Below are positions 1 to 9,302 of a stretch of DNA of 64,000 nt, piece after piece. Origin of the DNA: an uncultured Lachnospiraceae bacterium (GTDB taxonomy: Bacteria; Bacillota; Clostridia; Lachnospirales; Lachnospiraceae); contig CALGVA010000031.1 in NCBI GenBank assembly GCA_937920345.1, forward strand, positions 8,824 through 72,823, given 5' to 3'. The notes under the pieces were generated by a model. The model ran no database searches. It worked only from the letters and a program-made list of their open reading frames with translations, and was not told the origin of the DNA. Made by a program: the position numbers and the translations under genes. How positions within the stretch are numbered: position 1 is the first letter of the stretch; every line of letters begins with the position of its first letter.

Positions 1-323
1 ATATCGCCGCCTGTAGACAGATACAGAGGCGCCCTGTTCTTGCCCAGCACTTTATGAAAACGGTACCGCATAAACGATTCCGGGTCACGGAATACGGCGC
101 GCCAGATATAATAAAACACATGCGCGAAGAAATGTTCCGCAATCTTCCTCTCCTGCAGGATATCGCACAGCGGTTCCAGAGAATAGAACCGGTCCTCCTT
201 CTCGCTGTTCGTCACTAAGAGCCTGGGAATATCCTCCAGCATATGACATGTACTGTTTATAATTGCCTCACAGCCATGATTTCCGCTGCCGCCGTGTAAA
301 TACATCACTAACCGATTATCCAT
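1..323 (-). CDS. polysaccharide pyruvyl-transferase-like protein, 5' part only (gene runs off the left edge)
   Basis: My own minus-strand translation is open from the ATG at 323 to base 1: MDNRLVMYLHGGSGNHGCEAIINST...LYLSTGGD. It resembles the GN-x-G-x-EAI and GGD motifs of PS_pyruv_trans proteins. GAGGG lies 7 nt upstream of the ATG. The start overlaps the upstream stop by 8 nt (ATGGATAA). Confidence 0.45.
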   Translation of the reverse strand, partial: MDNRLVMYLHGGSGNHGCEAIINSTCHMLEDIPRLLVTNSEKEDRFYSLEPLCDILQERKIAEHFFAHVFYYIWRAVFRDPESFMRYRFHKVLGKNRAPLYLSTGGD

Positions 324-1383
324 TACCGTTCCCTCGTTCTCTCCCGCTCTTGCGCTTTCTGCCCGCAGCATCATACCGCTTCACAATCATTCTTAAGATG
401 TGCAGAAGCATCTGATTCGGATACTGCATACCGAGGTAGAGAAGCGCGTTCGCCCTGCTCGTGACAGACAGCGGCGTACTCATAATTCTGTCCCGCACTT
501 CCGGTTCCGTAAAAATGCCCTGTATCTTCTGCACATAATTTCTATCCGGATTACGAAGTTCATTTTTCATCACATACATCATCATATAACAATATTCCCT
601 GTTCAGCTTCGCCTCTCCGTCAGTCACATTCCGGTCACGAACGATCTGCAGGATCGCCTGATACCAGTTCGCAACGCTTACCGCATTGTCAGGATCATAG
701 GCGTGTACGATGGAGTCCTCGACATAGCGGTAATGGTAGAACAGCGCCTCCTCCATGATCACGATCCTGCTGCTCTTGAGAAGCGCCGGATAGATCAGGT
801 TAAAATCATCCCCCATGCGCAGCGACGTATCATAATACTTCTCATTGCCCTCGAAAACTGACTTTTCACAGAGCTTCATACAGCGTGACATCGGAATAAT
901 TCTGTTCTCCCTGCCCAGAAGCCGGTCCTTGATCTCAGCATCGAGTCTGCCGCCCTCATACACCCCCGGCGGCAGCGGCTGAATCACCGGAACCGTCTCC
1001 TTCTGCTTCTCCAGCACATGATTGCAGCAGACGACCTCACCCTTACGTCCGGCAAGGCATCCCGCCATCTTCTCCAGCATATCTTCACTGACATAGTCGT
1101 CACTGTCTATAAATGTATAATAATCACCCGCAGCTTCCCGCAGTCCAGTCATAACCGCCGCCGTAGGACCGCCGTTTTTCTGGTGGAACACTCTGACACG
1201 CTCGTCCTTCGCCGCATACCTGTCGCAGATCTCTCCGCTCCCGTCCGTGGATTCGTCGTCCACCAGAAGCAGTTCCAGATTCCTGTAGCTCTGCGCCAGT
1301 ATGCTCTCAATACACTGCGCCAGATAATCCTTTTTATTATATACGGGGACGATCACACTGATCCTGTATTTTTGTTTCTGCAT
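316..1383 (-). CDS. GT2-family glycosyltransferase
   Basis: GT-A signature ISVIVPVYNKKDYLAQCIESILAQSY, LLLVDDESTDGS, FIDSDDY. The ORF-track start at 1410 is TTG, so I used the first ATG (M10). Confidence 0.85.
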   Translation of the reverse strand: MQKQKYRISVIVPVYNKKDYLAQCIESILAQSYRNLELLLVDDESTDGSGEICDRYAAKDERVRVFHQKNGGPTAAVMTGLREAAGDYYTFIDSDDYVSEDMLEKMAGCLAGRKGEVVCCNHVLEKQKETVPVIQPLPPGVYEGGRLDAEIKDRLLGRENRIIPMSRCMKLCEKSVFEGNEKYYDTSLRMGDDFNLIYPALLKSSRIVIMEEALFYHYRYVEDSIVHAYDPDNAVSVANWYQAILQIVRDRNVTDGEAKLNREYCYMMMYVMKNELRNPDRNYVQKIQGIFTEPEVRDRIMSTPLSVTSRANALLYLGMQYPNQMLLHILRMIVKRYDAAGRKRKSGRERGNGNG

Positions 1384-1447
1384 TATATTGTTACCATTCC
1401 TTTCGCGCAAATGGCATTTTCATTCAGCCGGCTCTCCACACTTTTCT

Positions 1448-2374
1448 TCAAACAGGCATTCCGTCCGGTGTCACAAGCACCCAGCCCGCCCACAGCTCTT
1501 GCATCTGTTCCGGTACGCAGACCTGCGTATTCTTGTGAATCGACGGGCGGATCATGACTTTATCCGCATGGGGATTCAGCCGGGCGCCCCAGAAGCTGAA
1601 CGTGCTGTTCGCACAGATGTTATGCTTACACCGGCTCATCAGCATCATGTCATAGAAGCTGTCCTTCCCGTGGTTCCAGTCAACGATCCGGTATTCTTTA
1701 CCACGGTAGCGCTCCCGCACATAGGGGATATCATCCGAAAACAGATAGAACCGCGCGTCCGGAAACCGCTCCCTGATAGATCTGATCGCCGTCTCATAAT
1801 ACGCTTCCGTGCAGATTCCGCCAAAAAGCGCCCGGTTGATATCGTCCAGATAGTCGCCCCGCCTGATGTGTACACTGACCGACATCTCTGCCTCCATCTG
1901 CCGGCTCACCGCATCATTTTTCTCCTGCAGTATTTCATCCCTGTTTCGCGGAAAAGTAATCTCCGCCCGCAGCGTATCCATAATATCCGCATAATATTTC
2001 TCACACGCCCAGTATCCCACCAGATATTTGTGCTCCATACCGAAGATCTGCTCATGATACAGACCGCTTTCTGCAAACGAAGGGCTCAGCGCAGGTCGCA
2101 GTTTACGCCTGATCTTACTGCCAATGCCTTCCGGCTCTTCCCACAGTCTGCCGAGCACGGCGCGTATCTCCGCCTCGGATGCCACCCTGTAGGGAAGCGG
2201 CTTCAGATAGTCAAGTTCCAGTTCTCTCCCCGCCGCCATGGCCGCCTGCAAAGCCTCATTGCGAAACCATGAGATATCCAGCCTGACGTCTTTCCCGATC
2301 TGCTCTAATTTCCTGTATAACGCGTACTGCTGCAGCTGGTTACCCAGCCCGCCCATCGCTCTGACAATCAACAT
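1448..2374 (-). CDS. alpha-1,2-fucosyltransferase family protein (GT11)
   Basis: N-terminal MGGLGNQLQQYALY, HIRRGDY motif and ANSTFSFWGA motif. AAGGAG lies upstream of the ATG. Confidence 0.8.
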   Translation of the reverse strand: MLIVRAMGGLGNQLQQYALYRKLEQIGKDVRLDISWFRNEALQAAMAAGRELELDYLKPLPYRVASEAEIRAVLGRLWEEPEGIGSKIRRKLRPALSPSFAESGLYHEQIFGMEHKYLVGYWACEKYYADIMDTLRAEITFPRNRDEILQEKNDAVSRQMEAEMSVSVHIRRGDYLDDINRALFGGICTEAYYETAIRSIRERFPDARFYLFSDDIPYVRERYRGKEYRIVDWNHGKDSFYDMMLMSRCKHNICANSTFSFWGARLNPHADKVMIRPSIHKNTQVCVPEQMQELWAGWVLVTPDGMPV

Positions 2375-2386
2375 ATACGCCGCTCC

Positions 2387-3454
2387 TTACCTATTATGCA
2401 AATGATACAGCCACAAGTATAAATGCGGAAACACACGGAATAAAACGGTCTTCAACCGATATCCCGCAGACAGCCGACGATACGCTCCCGGAATCTGCAT
2501 CGCTTCCCGCAGGCTCTCCCTGCACATCCTGACATACTTCTCGTTGGCGCGTCTGCCTGCCGCATCCAGCCCGGCAAGTTTCCCGGCCGTAAGCATGATT
2601 CCCGTCATCCATAGCGCGGTGACCTGCGCATCCGCTCCTTCGTCCATGCGCAGGATCTCTTCCCGCGCGAGACGCCAGCAGGTAATCTGATCCATATAAC
2701 GCGGCGTAAACGCCCTGTTAATCGCCCCCGACGGATTCTGATAATAGCCATAACCGGCATATGCTGTCTCGGTGATGGTATGGACGTGCGGCAGAAGCTG
2801 CACCAGAAACAGCATGTCCTCCCCGATCGTGAGTCCTTCCCTGAACCGTACTTTCTCTATGAGTTCTCTGCGGTACAGCTTGCTCCAGCATCGGCTGTTG
2901 CCGCACAGTAGTTCTTCCTGTAAATATGACCCGGCATCATAAGTCCTGGTCTGCATGTCCGGTCTGTCTGCTCCCGATATATCGTTCTCCGGAGCATCTG
3001 TCCCACGCGGCTTCGCCTTTCTCATTTCCACCGCTCCTGCCGCCTGCCGCCATTCCTCCTCGCTGCTCCACATGAAGAATTTGCAGCCGGCGGCATCGCT
3101 TCGCGTCTTTACCATGCAATCATATAATACCCGGATCATGTCCGGGAGAAGTCTGTCGTCGGCATCAACAAAGGTGATAAACTCCCCCGCCGCCGCCGCA
3201 ATGCCGGCATTGCGCGCAGCGGAAACACCCTTATCATCCAGATTCAGAATCCGCACATTATCATAAGACGCCTGCAGACTGTCGCATACCGCCGCGGTCC
3301 GGTCTGTGGAGCCGTCATTTACGATGATGATTTCCAGATGCCCGCAGGTCTGGCTCTCTATGCTTTCTATACACCCTGTCAGATAATCCTGCCCGTTATA
3401 CACCGGCACGATCACACTGATTAGCGGCTCCTCTTTATGCAATTCGATACCCAT
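2387..3454 (-). CDS. GT2-family glycosyltransferase
   Basis: ISVIVPVYNGQDYLTGCIESIESQT, IIIVNDGSTDRT, FVDADD. Confidence 0.85.
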   Translation of the reverse strand: MGIELHKEEPLISVIVPVYNGQDYLTGCIESIESQTCGHLEIIIVNDGSTDRTAAVCDSLQASYDNVRILNLDDKGVSAARNAGIAAAAGEFITFVDADDRLLPDMIRVLYDCMVKTRSDAAGCKFFMWSSEEEWRQAAGAVEMRKAKPRGTDAPENDISGADRPDMQTRTYDAGSYLQEELLCGNSRCWSKLYRRELIEKVRFREGLTIGEDMLFLVQLLPHVHTITETAYAGYGYYQNPSGAINRAFTPRYMDQITCWRLAREEILRMDEGADAQVTALWMTGIMLTAGKLAGLDAAGRRANEKYVRMCRESLREAMQIPGAYRRLSAGYRLKTVLFRVFPHLYLWLYHLHNR

Positions 3455-3532
3455 GCCTTTCCCGCCTCCGGTAGATTTACGACCGTAAAGCGTAAACAGT
3501 CAGATAATCCGATCCCTCACCTGCCGCGCCTC

Positions 3533-4636
3533 TTAATCCGTCTCTCCGGAACTGCTTACCGACTCATATACAGCCATAAGACGCCTCATGTTATCCTCTA
3601 TGGAATATTCGGCCGCCGCTTTCCGGCGGGCGTTCTCTCCCAGTCTCCGGCACAGATCCGGTTGTGCCAGCAGCTTAAGCAGCCCGTCCGCGAGTGTCCG
3701 CGTATCCTGCGGCTTCGCAAACAGTCCCGTCTCCCCTTCTATGATCATATCGGGAATCCCGCCTGTCTTCGACGCCACGATCCCGCAGGCATACGCCATC
3801 GCCTCGAGTATGGATACGGACTGTCCCTCAAAGTAAGAAGGCATAACAAAGATATCGCACTCCCGCAGAAGTTTCTGTTTGGCTGCTCCGCTGACCCACC
3901 CCAGATCGGTCACACACTCTGCCATCGCCTGTGCCTGATCTTTCAGTTCCTCGTCCTCCCATATGCCCCCGAGATACAGGTGCACATCCGGGTACTTCTC
4001 CCTCAGTTCCGGCATGACCGTCAGCAGTTCTCCGATGCCTTTCGCCTTACATAGTCTTCCCAGAAATAATATCTTATGAACGCCGTACTGCTTAGGCTCT
4101 GCCGCAGGAATCCGTATGGCATCCGGCAGTACCGTGATCCGCTCCGCACCGATAATCGTGCCGAAGAACGCCTTCCACGCCGTGCCAAGTACAAGGAAAG
4201 CATCCCCCGTGGAAAGTACCTTTCGCACGCGCCGCCGCCCTGCATCACCTATTTCTTTCCCGTAGAAATCCGGAAAGTTGCCGCCATGCTGGTGAATGAC
4301 GATTCTTTTGCCGCGCCGCTTTCCCGACCTGCTCTTCCTCCCCCACAGATTCGCCGTCCGGATAAAAACAGATTTACGGTAATAACTGGAATCCGAAGCC
4401 ATGTTGACATGCACGATATCATACTTCGGAAGCTGCAGGAGGAACTGAAAATATGCTCTCACGGCGCATACAAGCTTCGCCGCCTTAGAGCCTTCCACCA
4501 TCGTGCCGATATAGCATAAATCAATTTTCTGATCCAGTCCGGCATCATAATAGTTGTTTACCACACCGGATATCCCGCCGTGAACGCTCCTGTCAGGGCC
4601 GATCATCAATACCTTATATTTAGCTTTCCCCATCAT
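3533..4636 (-). CDS. GT4-family (GT-B) glycosyltransferase
   Basis: C-terminal PSYFEGQSVSILEAMAYACGIVASKTGGIPDMI (E-x7-E). The ORF-track start at 4654 is GTG. The ATG at 4636 has AAAGG upstream. Confidence 0.8.
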   Translation of the reverse strand: MMGKAKYKVLMIGPDRSVHGGISGVVNNYYDAGLDQKIDLCYIGTMVEGSKAAKLVCAVRAYFQFLLQLPKYDIVHVNMASDSSYYRKSVFIRTANLWGRKSRSGKRRGKRIVIHQHGGNFPDFYGKEIGDAGRRRVRKVLSTGDAFLVLGTAWKAFFGTIIGAERITVLPDAIRIPAAEPKQYGVHKILFLGRLCKAKGIGELLTVMPELREKYPDVHLYLGGIWEDEELKDQAQAMAECVTDLGWVSGAAKQKLLRECDIFVMPSYFEGQSVSILEAMAYACGIVASKTGGIPDMIIEGETGLFAKPQDTRTLADGLLKLLAQPDLCRRLGENARRKAAAEYSIEDNMRRLMAVYESVSSSGETD

Positions 4637-4650
4637 ATGAACCTTTCCCG

Positions 4651-6063
4651 TCACTTCGAGCCTTTTCCCGTCAGAACCACCCAGATCGTCCTGAACAATA
4701 TCTTGATGTCCAGACCCAGCGTCCAGTTGTCAATATACTCCAGATCAAGCTTCACGACCTCATCGAAATCCACGATCTCACTGCGTCCGCTGATCTGCCA
4801 CAGCCCGGTGAGTCCCGGCGTCATGCTGATGCGCCTTCTGTAATGGGAATTATACTGTTCAAACTCGCCTTCCGTGGGTGGTCTTGTCCCCACCAGACTC
4901 ATATCGCCTTTCACAATATTCAGGAACTGCGGCAGTTCGTCTATGCTTGTCTTGCGAATAAATTTACCCACTTTTGTGATGCGCGGATCATTGTCCATCT
5001 TGAACATCAGACCCTGCATCTCGTTTTGCGCCTCCAGTTCCTTCTTACGCTCCTCCGCGTCAATGTACATAGACCGGAATTTATAGATCTTGAATCTTCT
5101 CCCGTTCTTACCGATTCTGGTCTGCGCAAAGAAAATCGGTCCCGGGGAATCAATCCGTATGGCAATCGCCACGAAAGGCGTGATTACCGCCGTGAGTATG
5201 CAGCCCACCAGTCCGCCGGCAATATCGATCAGACGCTTGACCGCCATGCGTCTGTAGTCAACGTGGTTGATCGAGTATGTCACCACTGTATAACCCGCAA
5301 AACTGCCTACCCTGACCTCCTTCTGCGGGCGCTCGATAATATCAATATTATAATGACACGCAACCCCCATGGATTCCAGATCATAGATCATATGCTTTAC
5401 GTACTCTTTGTCTTCCTCCGGCAGATTGATAAACACCTCATCCAGCGGAATCTGTCTCGCCAGATCCAGCACATCACGCCCGTCGGCATTGACACAGACG
5501 CCGTCTATCATCGCGCCCTTACAGTCCGCATCCACGCAGGCAAGCGCAACGATCTCATAGTTGATATCCATGGCTGCTTTCAATCTGGATACCGTCTTCT
5601 CCAGCACAGAATCCTTCGTGATAATCATAATCTTTACAATGTTGGACTTCGCGGTAAAGTAGACCCGCAGCGCCTTCTTCATCCCGATCCTTACACCCCA
5701 CACAACCAGAACATCGAGCACCGCAAAATACCCCATAACAAGACGGGAAACGCCGGCGCTTCGCTGCATCATGAACAGGAAAGCAAAAATTGCCAGTTCC
5801 ATAAAAATATTAAATTTTATGACCGCTACGAACTCAACGAGGATACCCCGTTTCATGAACTCTCTGTTCCAGTCAAACAGAAAGCTGTAGACCGTGCAGA
5901 ACAACAGAAAGCAGATGAGTACCAGAAAGTGCAGTTCCGGCTCATCCACCCGTCTGAATTTATGAAAACGTATTAACAATGCAATTATATAGGAAGCGGT
6001 AATACTGACCAGATCCGTGAAGAGCAGCCAGTATCCCTCAATCACTTTCATTTTACGGTTCAT
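4651..6063 (-). CDS. polyprenyl-phosphate sugar-1-phosphate transferase, large WbaP/CpsE type (initiating PGT)
   Basis: N-terminal TM bundle plus a C-terminal Bac_transf core: KRLIDIAGGLVG, PGPIFFAQTRIGKNGRRFKIYKFRSM, DELPQFLNIVKGDMSLVGTRPP. Confidence 0.85.
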   Translation of the reverse strand: MNRKMKVIEGYWLLFTDLVSITASYIIALLIRFHKFRRVDEPELHFLVLICFLLFCTVYSFLFDWNREFMKRGILVEFVAVIKFNIFMELAIFAFLFMMQRSAGVSRLVMGYFAVLDVLVVWGVRIGMKKALRVYFTAKSNIVKIMIITKDSVLEKTVSRLKAAMDINYEIVALACVDADCKGAMIDGVCVNADGRDVLDLARQIPLDEVFINLPEEDKEYVKHMIYDLESMGVACHYNIDIIERPQKEVRVGSFAGYTVVTYSINHVDYRRMAVKRLIDIAGGLVGCILTAVITPFVAIAIRIDSPGPIFFAQTRIGKNGRRFKIYKFRSMYIDAEERKKELEAQNEMQGLMFKMDNDPRITKVGKFIRKTSIDELPQFLNIVKGDMSLVGTRPPTEGEFEQYNSHYRRRISMTPGLTGLWQISGRSEIVDFDEVVKLDLEYIDNWTLGLDIKILFRTIWVVLTGKGSK

Positions 6064-6114
6064 TCTGATCCCTCAGGCATATTCTGCTTATTGATAAAAA
6101 CAATATATCAATTT

Positions 6115-6143
6115 AGAATACCATTTTTCGGGAAAAATTTCAA
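6115..6143 (-). promoter_or_regulatory. candidate sigma-A promoter upstream of the large PGT gene
   Basis: The minus strand reads TTGAAA-17 nt-TATTCT with TG one base upstream of the -10 hexamer (extended -10). An inverted repeat TTGATA-N9-TATCAA (6091-6111) sits over the expected start site. Confidence 0.3.
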
Positions 6144-6160
6144 TCATTAACAACTTTCCG

Positions 6161-7384
6161 TCATTTATCTTGCGCCTGTTTGTCTCCCAGCAGATAATAC
6201 CCCGTCATCATCAGCAGGAAATTCCTGCCGATATAGACCGAAATCAGGTGCGCCTCCACTACGGTATAGACAGCCAGCGTCGCAAACAGCAGCAGTCCGC
6301 AGGCGTCTTTCCTTTTCCACAGCTTCCACAGCAGCATAAGCTGCGCAATCACATAAAGTATCCCGGGCACAACTCCATAGCGGTAAAAGAGTTTCACCCA
6401 CCCCATATCGAAGTAGTAATTCATATTATTGGGCTCGGAAAACGCCGACCATGTATGGATCATGCCGTCGTTCTTCTCGGAATCCGTCAGCGATACGATC
6501 CTGCCGTTAATATACCGGTCGATCCGCCCCAATGTCACGATATGCTGATTGTCCCGCGGATTCAGATAATAGAATTCATTCCACTTGGCATCCCGCACCC
6601 TCTGGGCGCAAACCGCCGCATCCACGGAGAAGCCGAGACACAGTGCAAACACGAGCAGCCCGCACACATAGATTAGCGCCTTCTCGCGCAGGAATTTACT
6701 GTAGCTGAGGATACATGCCCCCGCCAGAAAGGCAGTCGTAATCAGCATGCTTGTCTTGGAACCGGTCAGCATATAGACACCAGCATTAAGCAGCATGATA
6801 AACAGATAAAGATACCATTTCATGCGTGCAAACCAGACATAGACTCCCGTCACCACCAGCATGAGGAACATGCACGACAGCGCATTGGGGTGTCCCATTC
6901 CCAGTGTATAGCGGGTCTCTTCCGCCGGTTCCTCACCGATATAGAGCGTTGATTCCAACGGTTCGTGACCATACGCCTGCGTCAGACTGATTTCCCCGTA
7001 TATGCCGCTTACGGACAGCGCCACGATCAGCAGACAGCCGGCCAGTGTTACCTGAAACGTATATTTTAACATCTGCCTGAGTGGAATGTCCTTACACGCC
7101 GCCACGAAAGTCACGATACGGATCAGATCATTCGCTCCGGTGATCCGGTAGGACACAAACGCGGCAGCTTCCAGCAGAATAATCGCACCCCACTGTGCCT
7201 TACTGTAATCCGTCAGGATCAGCTTACAGGCAAAAATCAGGAAAGTGATCTGAAACAACCGTCCTTCGATCGGATTAATATAGTTGCTTTTATCAATGAT
7301 CACGATCAGAAGTTCAATGGTCAGCCCGATATAGAAAAGAAGCCACGGCAGTCTGCCTGATTTGATCTTACGGTATAGTTCCAT
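6161..7384 (-). CDS. Wzy/O-antigen-ligase-family polytopic membrane protein (candidate repeat-unit polymerase)
   Basis: About 10 hydrophobic helices and a loop containing GMGHPNALS. AGGAG lies 9 nt upstream of the ATG. Confidence 0.55.
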   Translation of the reverse strand: MELYRKIKSGRLPWLLFYIGLTIELLIVIIDKSNYINPIEGRLFQITFLIFACKLILTDYSKAQWGAIILLEAAAFVSYRITGANDLIRIVTFVAACKDIPLRQMLKYTFQVTLAGCLLIVALSVSGIYGEISLTQAYGHEPLESTLYIGEEPAEETRYTLGMGHPNALSCMFLMLVVTGVYVWFARMKWYLYLFIMLLNAGVYMLTGSKTSMLITTAFLAGACILSYSKFLREKALIYVCGLLVFALCLGFSVDAAVCAQRVRDAKWNEFYYLNPRDNQHIVTLGRIDRYINGRIVSLTDSEKNDGMIHTWSAFSEPNNMNYYFDMGWVKLFYRYGVVPGILYVIAQLMLLWKLWKRKDACGLLLFATLAVYTVVEAHLISVYIGRNFLLMMTGYYLLGDKQAQDK

Positions 7385-7504
7385 TCGCTTATTCTCCTCT
7401 CTGCCCTGTGCTGCATGGCGTCTGCCAGCCGCATTCCCATACGCTGTGGCTGCATGCCGCTCACCGTCACCGCCGGTCTGTTTATCTGCTGTCCGGCTTC
7501 TGCG

Positions 7505-8446
7505 TCAGTGCCGCAGCACCCGTGCCGCCGCTCCATGCGCCCTGCGCAGCCATTTCTTAACCGTCAGCTTCAGCTTCTTCCACGCAATCCCTGCCCGACC
7601 GGTTTCGGGCGCAATCAGAAAAGCATACTCTTCCTGGTGTTCCCGCAGATATTCCGGATAACTGTCGTCTATCGGCACGCGGACGAACTTCGCATTGCGG
7701 TCAAAAATATCCTCGCCGCACAGCAGCCTGTCCACCGCCTCATTCAGATACCTCGATTTATTGTATTCCTGATGGGCCGCCGCCTGCACTTTCACACCGA
7801 TTCGCTTCGCCACATCCCGCTCGCCGTCACCGCCCATGTAACCGAAATGCCAGCCGCCGTCAGCCACGCGCACACTGCGGGGATCATCCGGAGAGACCTC
7901 GCGCAGGAAGACAATGCCCTCCCCCGGCAGATTCCGGAAACTGCAGATCTTGGTTCCAAGCCACTGCTTTCTCTCTACTCCTCGAAATTCTCCGGTAATA
8001 GACAGCAGATTGCCCGAGATCTCCTCCATGTTGAGGAAGCAGTAGAACATTCGCTGTGCCAGATGGTAAATCTTTCCGGCGTCAAACTCCCGCACGATCT
8101 TCTCTAACACTTTCGGATTCGGTATCTCATCCACATCACTGAAAATCACGATATCATCAGGCTTCGCATCCGACATCGCGCGAATGAGCTGGTTCTTCTG
8201 GAACTTATCCCGCTCATGCGTCGTCACGCCGCTCATCGGCGAATTATCCACCGCCACATAGCGGATCTTATCCTCAAATTCGCGAAACATATCTCTGTGT
8301 TTTGCGAAAATCATCTCCTTCGGTTCACCCGAAAAGGTCACCGTGGACTCTTCCAGCACAAACCGGTCCACATAAGGCGACAGAATCTGCATTCTCAGCT
8401 TCAGGATATCCAGTTCATTGAAAAAAGGGATACAGTCGTATATCAT
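7505..8446 (-). CDS. GT17-family (GnT-III-like) glycosyltransferase
   Basis: The N-terminus MIYDCIPFFNELDILKLRMQILSPYVDRFVLEESTVTFSGEPK matches my recollection of the Glyco_transf_17 signature. There is a 4-nt start/stop overlap with the upstream gene. Confidence 0.6.
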   Translation of the reverse strand: MIYDCIPFFNELDILKLRMQILSPYVDRFVLEESTVTFSGEPKEMIFAKHRDMFREFEDKIRYVAVDNSPMSGVTTHERDKFQKNQLIRAMSDAKPDDIVIFSDVDEIPNPKVLEKIVREFDAGKIYHLAQRMFYCFLNMEEISGNLLSITGEFRGVERKQWLGTKICSFRNLPGEGIVFLREVSPDDPRSVRVADGGWHFGYMGGDGERDVAKRIGVKVQAAAHQEYNKSRYLNEAVDRLLCGEDIFDRNAKFVRVPIDDSYPEYLREHQEEYAFLIAPETGRAGIAWKKLKLTVKKWLRRAHGAAARVLRH

Positions 8447-9204
8447 GTGTTATCTTTCCTTATCCTCCTCCAGAATAACAGCGGTCTGATCACGTCTTTG
8501 GTCTTACGCCACACAACTTTCCACGGATTCACGAATCTCGGGTACTGCCCGTTCCTGCCTCTCCATTTATGGAAGATAAACGGCTTCTCCACATCCATGA
8601 TCTCCGGAATCATATGCTCGTGTCCGAAATACTTCGCGACCTCGATCGGCGCGAAGCGCATACCCGCATCCTCGATCACATTCTTATATTTGCAGCACAG
8701 AAATGTGTCCTCGTTATAGTTGCCATCCTCCATCTTCTCCCATTTGAGCCCCGCCTGCGCCGGGAAATCCAGAAGTCTCTTGCTGCGGATAGACACGCTG
8801 TTGCCTACGCGGCAGATCTGTCCTTTGGAATCACGGTAGGCGTAATCATTTGCGGGCAGCGGCCACGGGGAACCGATATAATCATACGCAAGAAATTCAT
8901 CCCGCCAGCTCTCCGGATGCACCACGAAGCCGTCCGCATGGACAAGAAGCATGTAGTCCGTATGAATATGCCTGCCGAGTTCATAGACCATTTTATAATT
9001 AAATTTATCAATATTGTCCAGTCTGGAGGTATGGGAATACCGTATGGTCTTCGGCAGAGTAAGCGGCTTCCTGTGGGTAATCAAGACCACATCGCCAAAC
9101 TCGATCTGCCGCATACTGTATTCCATCGCTTTGATCGTCTCATATAGATCCACGCTGGTCATTGCCGCCAGCGTAACATTCGGCAATTTTAACTTCTCAA
9201 CCAT
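8443..9204 (-). CDS. DUF5672-like putative glycosyltransferase
   Basis: LLVHADGFVVHPESWRDEFLAYDYIGSPW resembles the DUF5672 core. The ATG at 9204 (M20 of the track ORF) is preceded by GGAGGAAGAG. Confidence 0.5.
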   Translation of the reverse strand: MVEKLKLPNVTLAAMTSVDLYETIKAMEYSMRQIEFGDVVLITHRKPLTLPKTIRYSHTSRLDNIDKFNYKMVYELGRHIHTDYMLLVHADGFVVHPESWRDEFLAYDYIGSPWPLPANDYAYRDSKGQICRVGNSVSIRSKRLLDFPAQAGLKWEKMEDGNYNEDTFLCCKYKNVIEDAGMRFAPIEVAKYFGHEHMIPEIMDVEKPFIFHKWRGRNGQYPRFVNPWKVVWRKTKDVIRPLLFWRRIRKDNT

Positions 9205-9302
9205 CTCTTCCTCCGCACGCCTGCCGCCTCCATCGGTACAGATACGGCACAACCGTCCCATATTCCGTTACAGCCAGGCCCGACAATCTTACCGTAACTG
9301 TA

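Noticed and set aside
4843-5976. Long plus-strand ORFs antisense to the minus-strand genes. Examples are 4843-5976 (377 aa), 15014-15928, 24625-25602, 33125-34438 (437 aa), 39560-40789 (409 aa), 43334-44380 and 61631-62629.
   Set aside because: Their translations are low-complexity, rich in R/H/P/Q and carry no recognisable motifs. Each lies entirely inside a minus-strand gene with strong family signatures. They look like shadow ORFs typical of GC-rich third-position coding.
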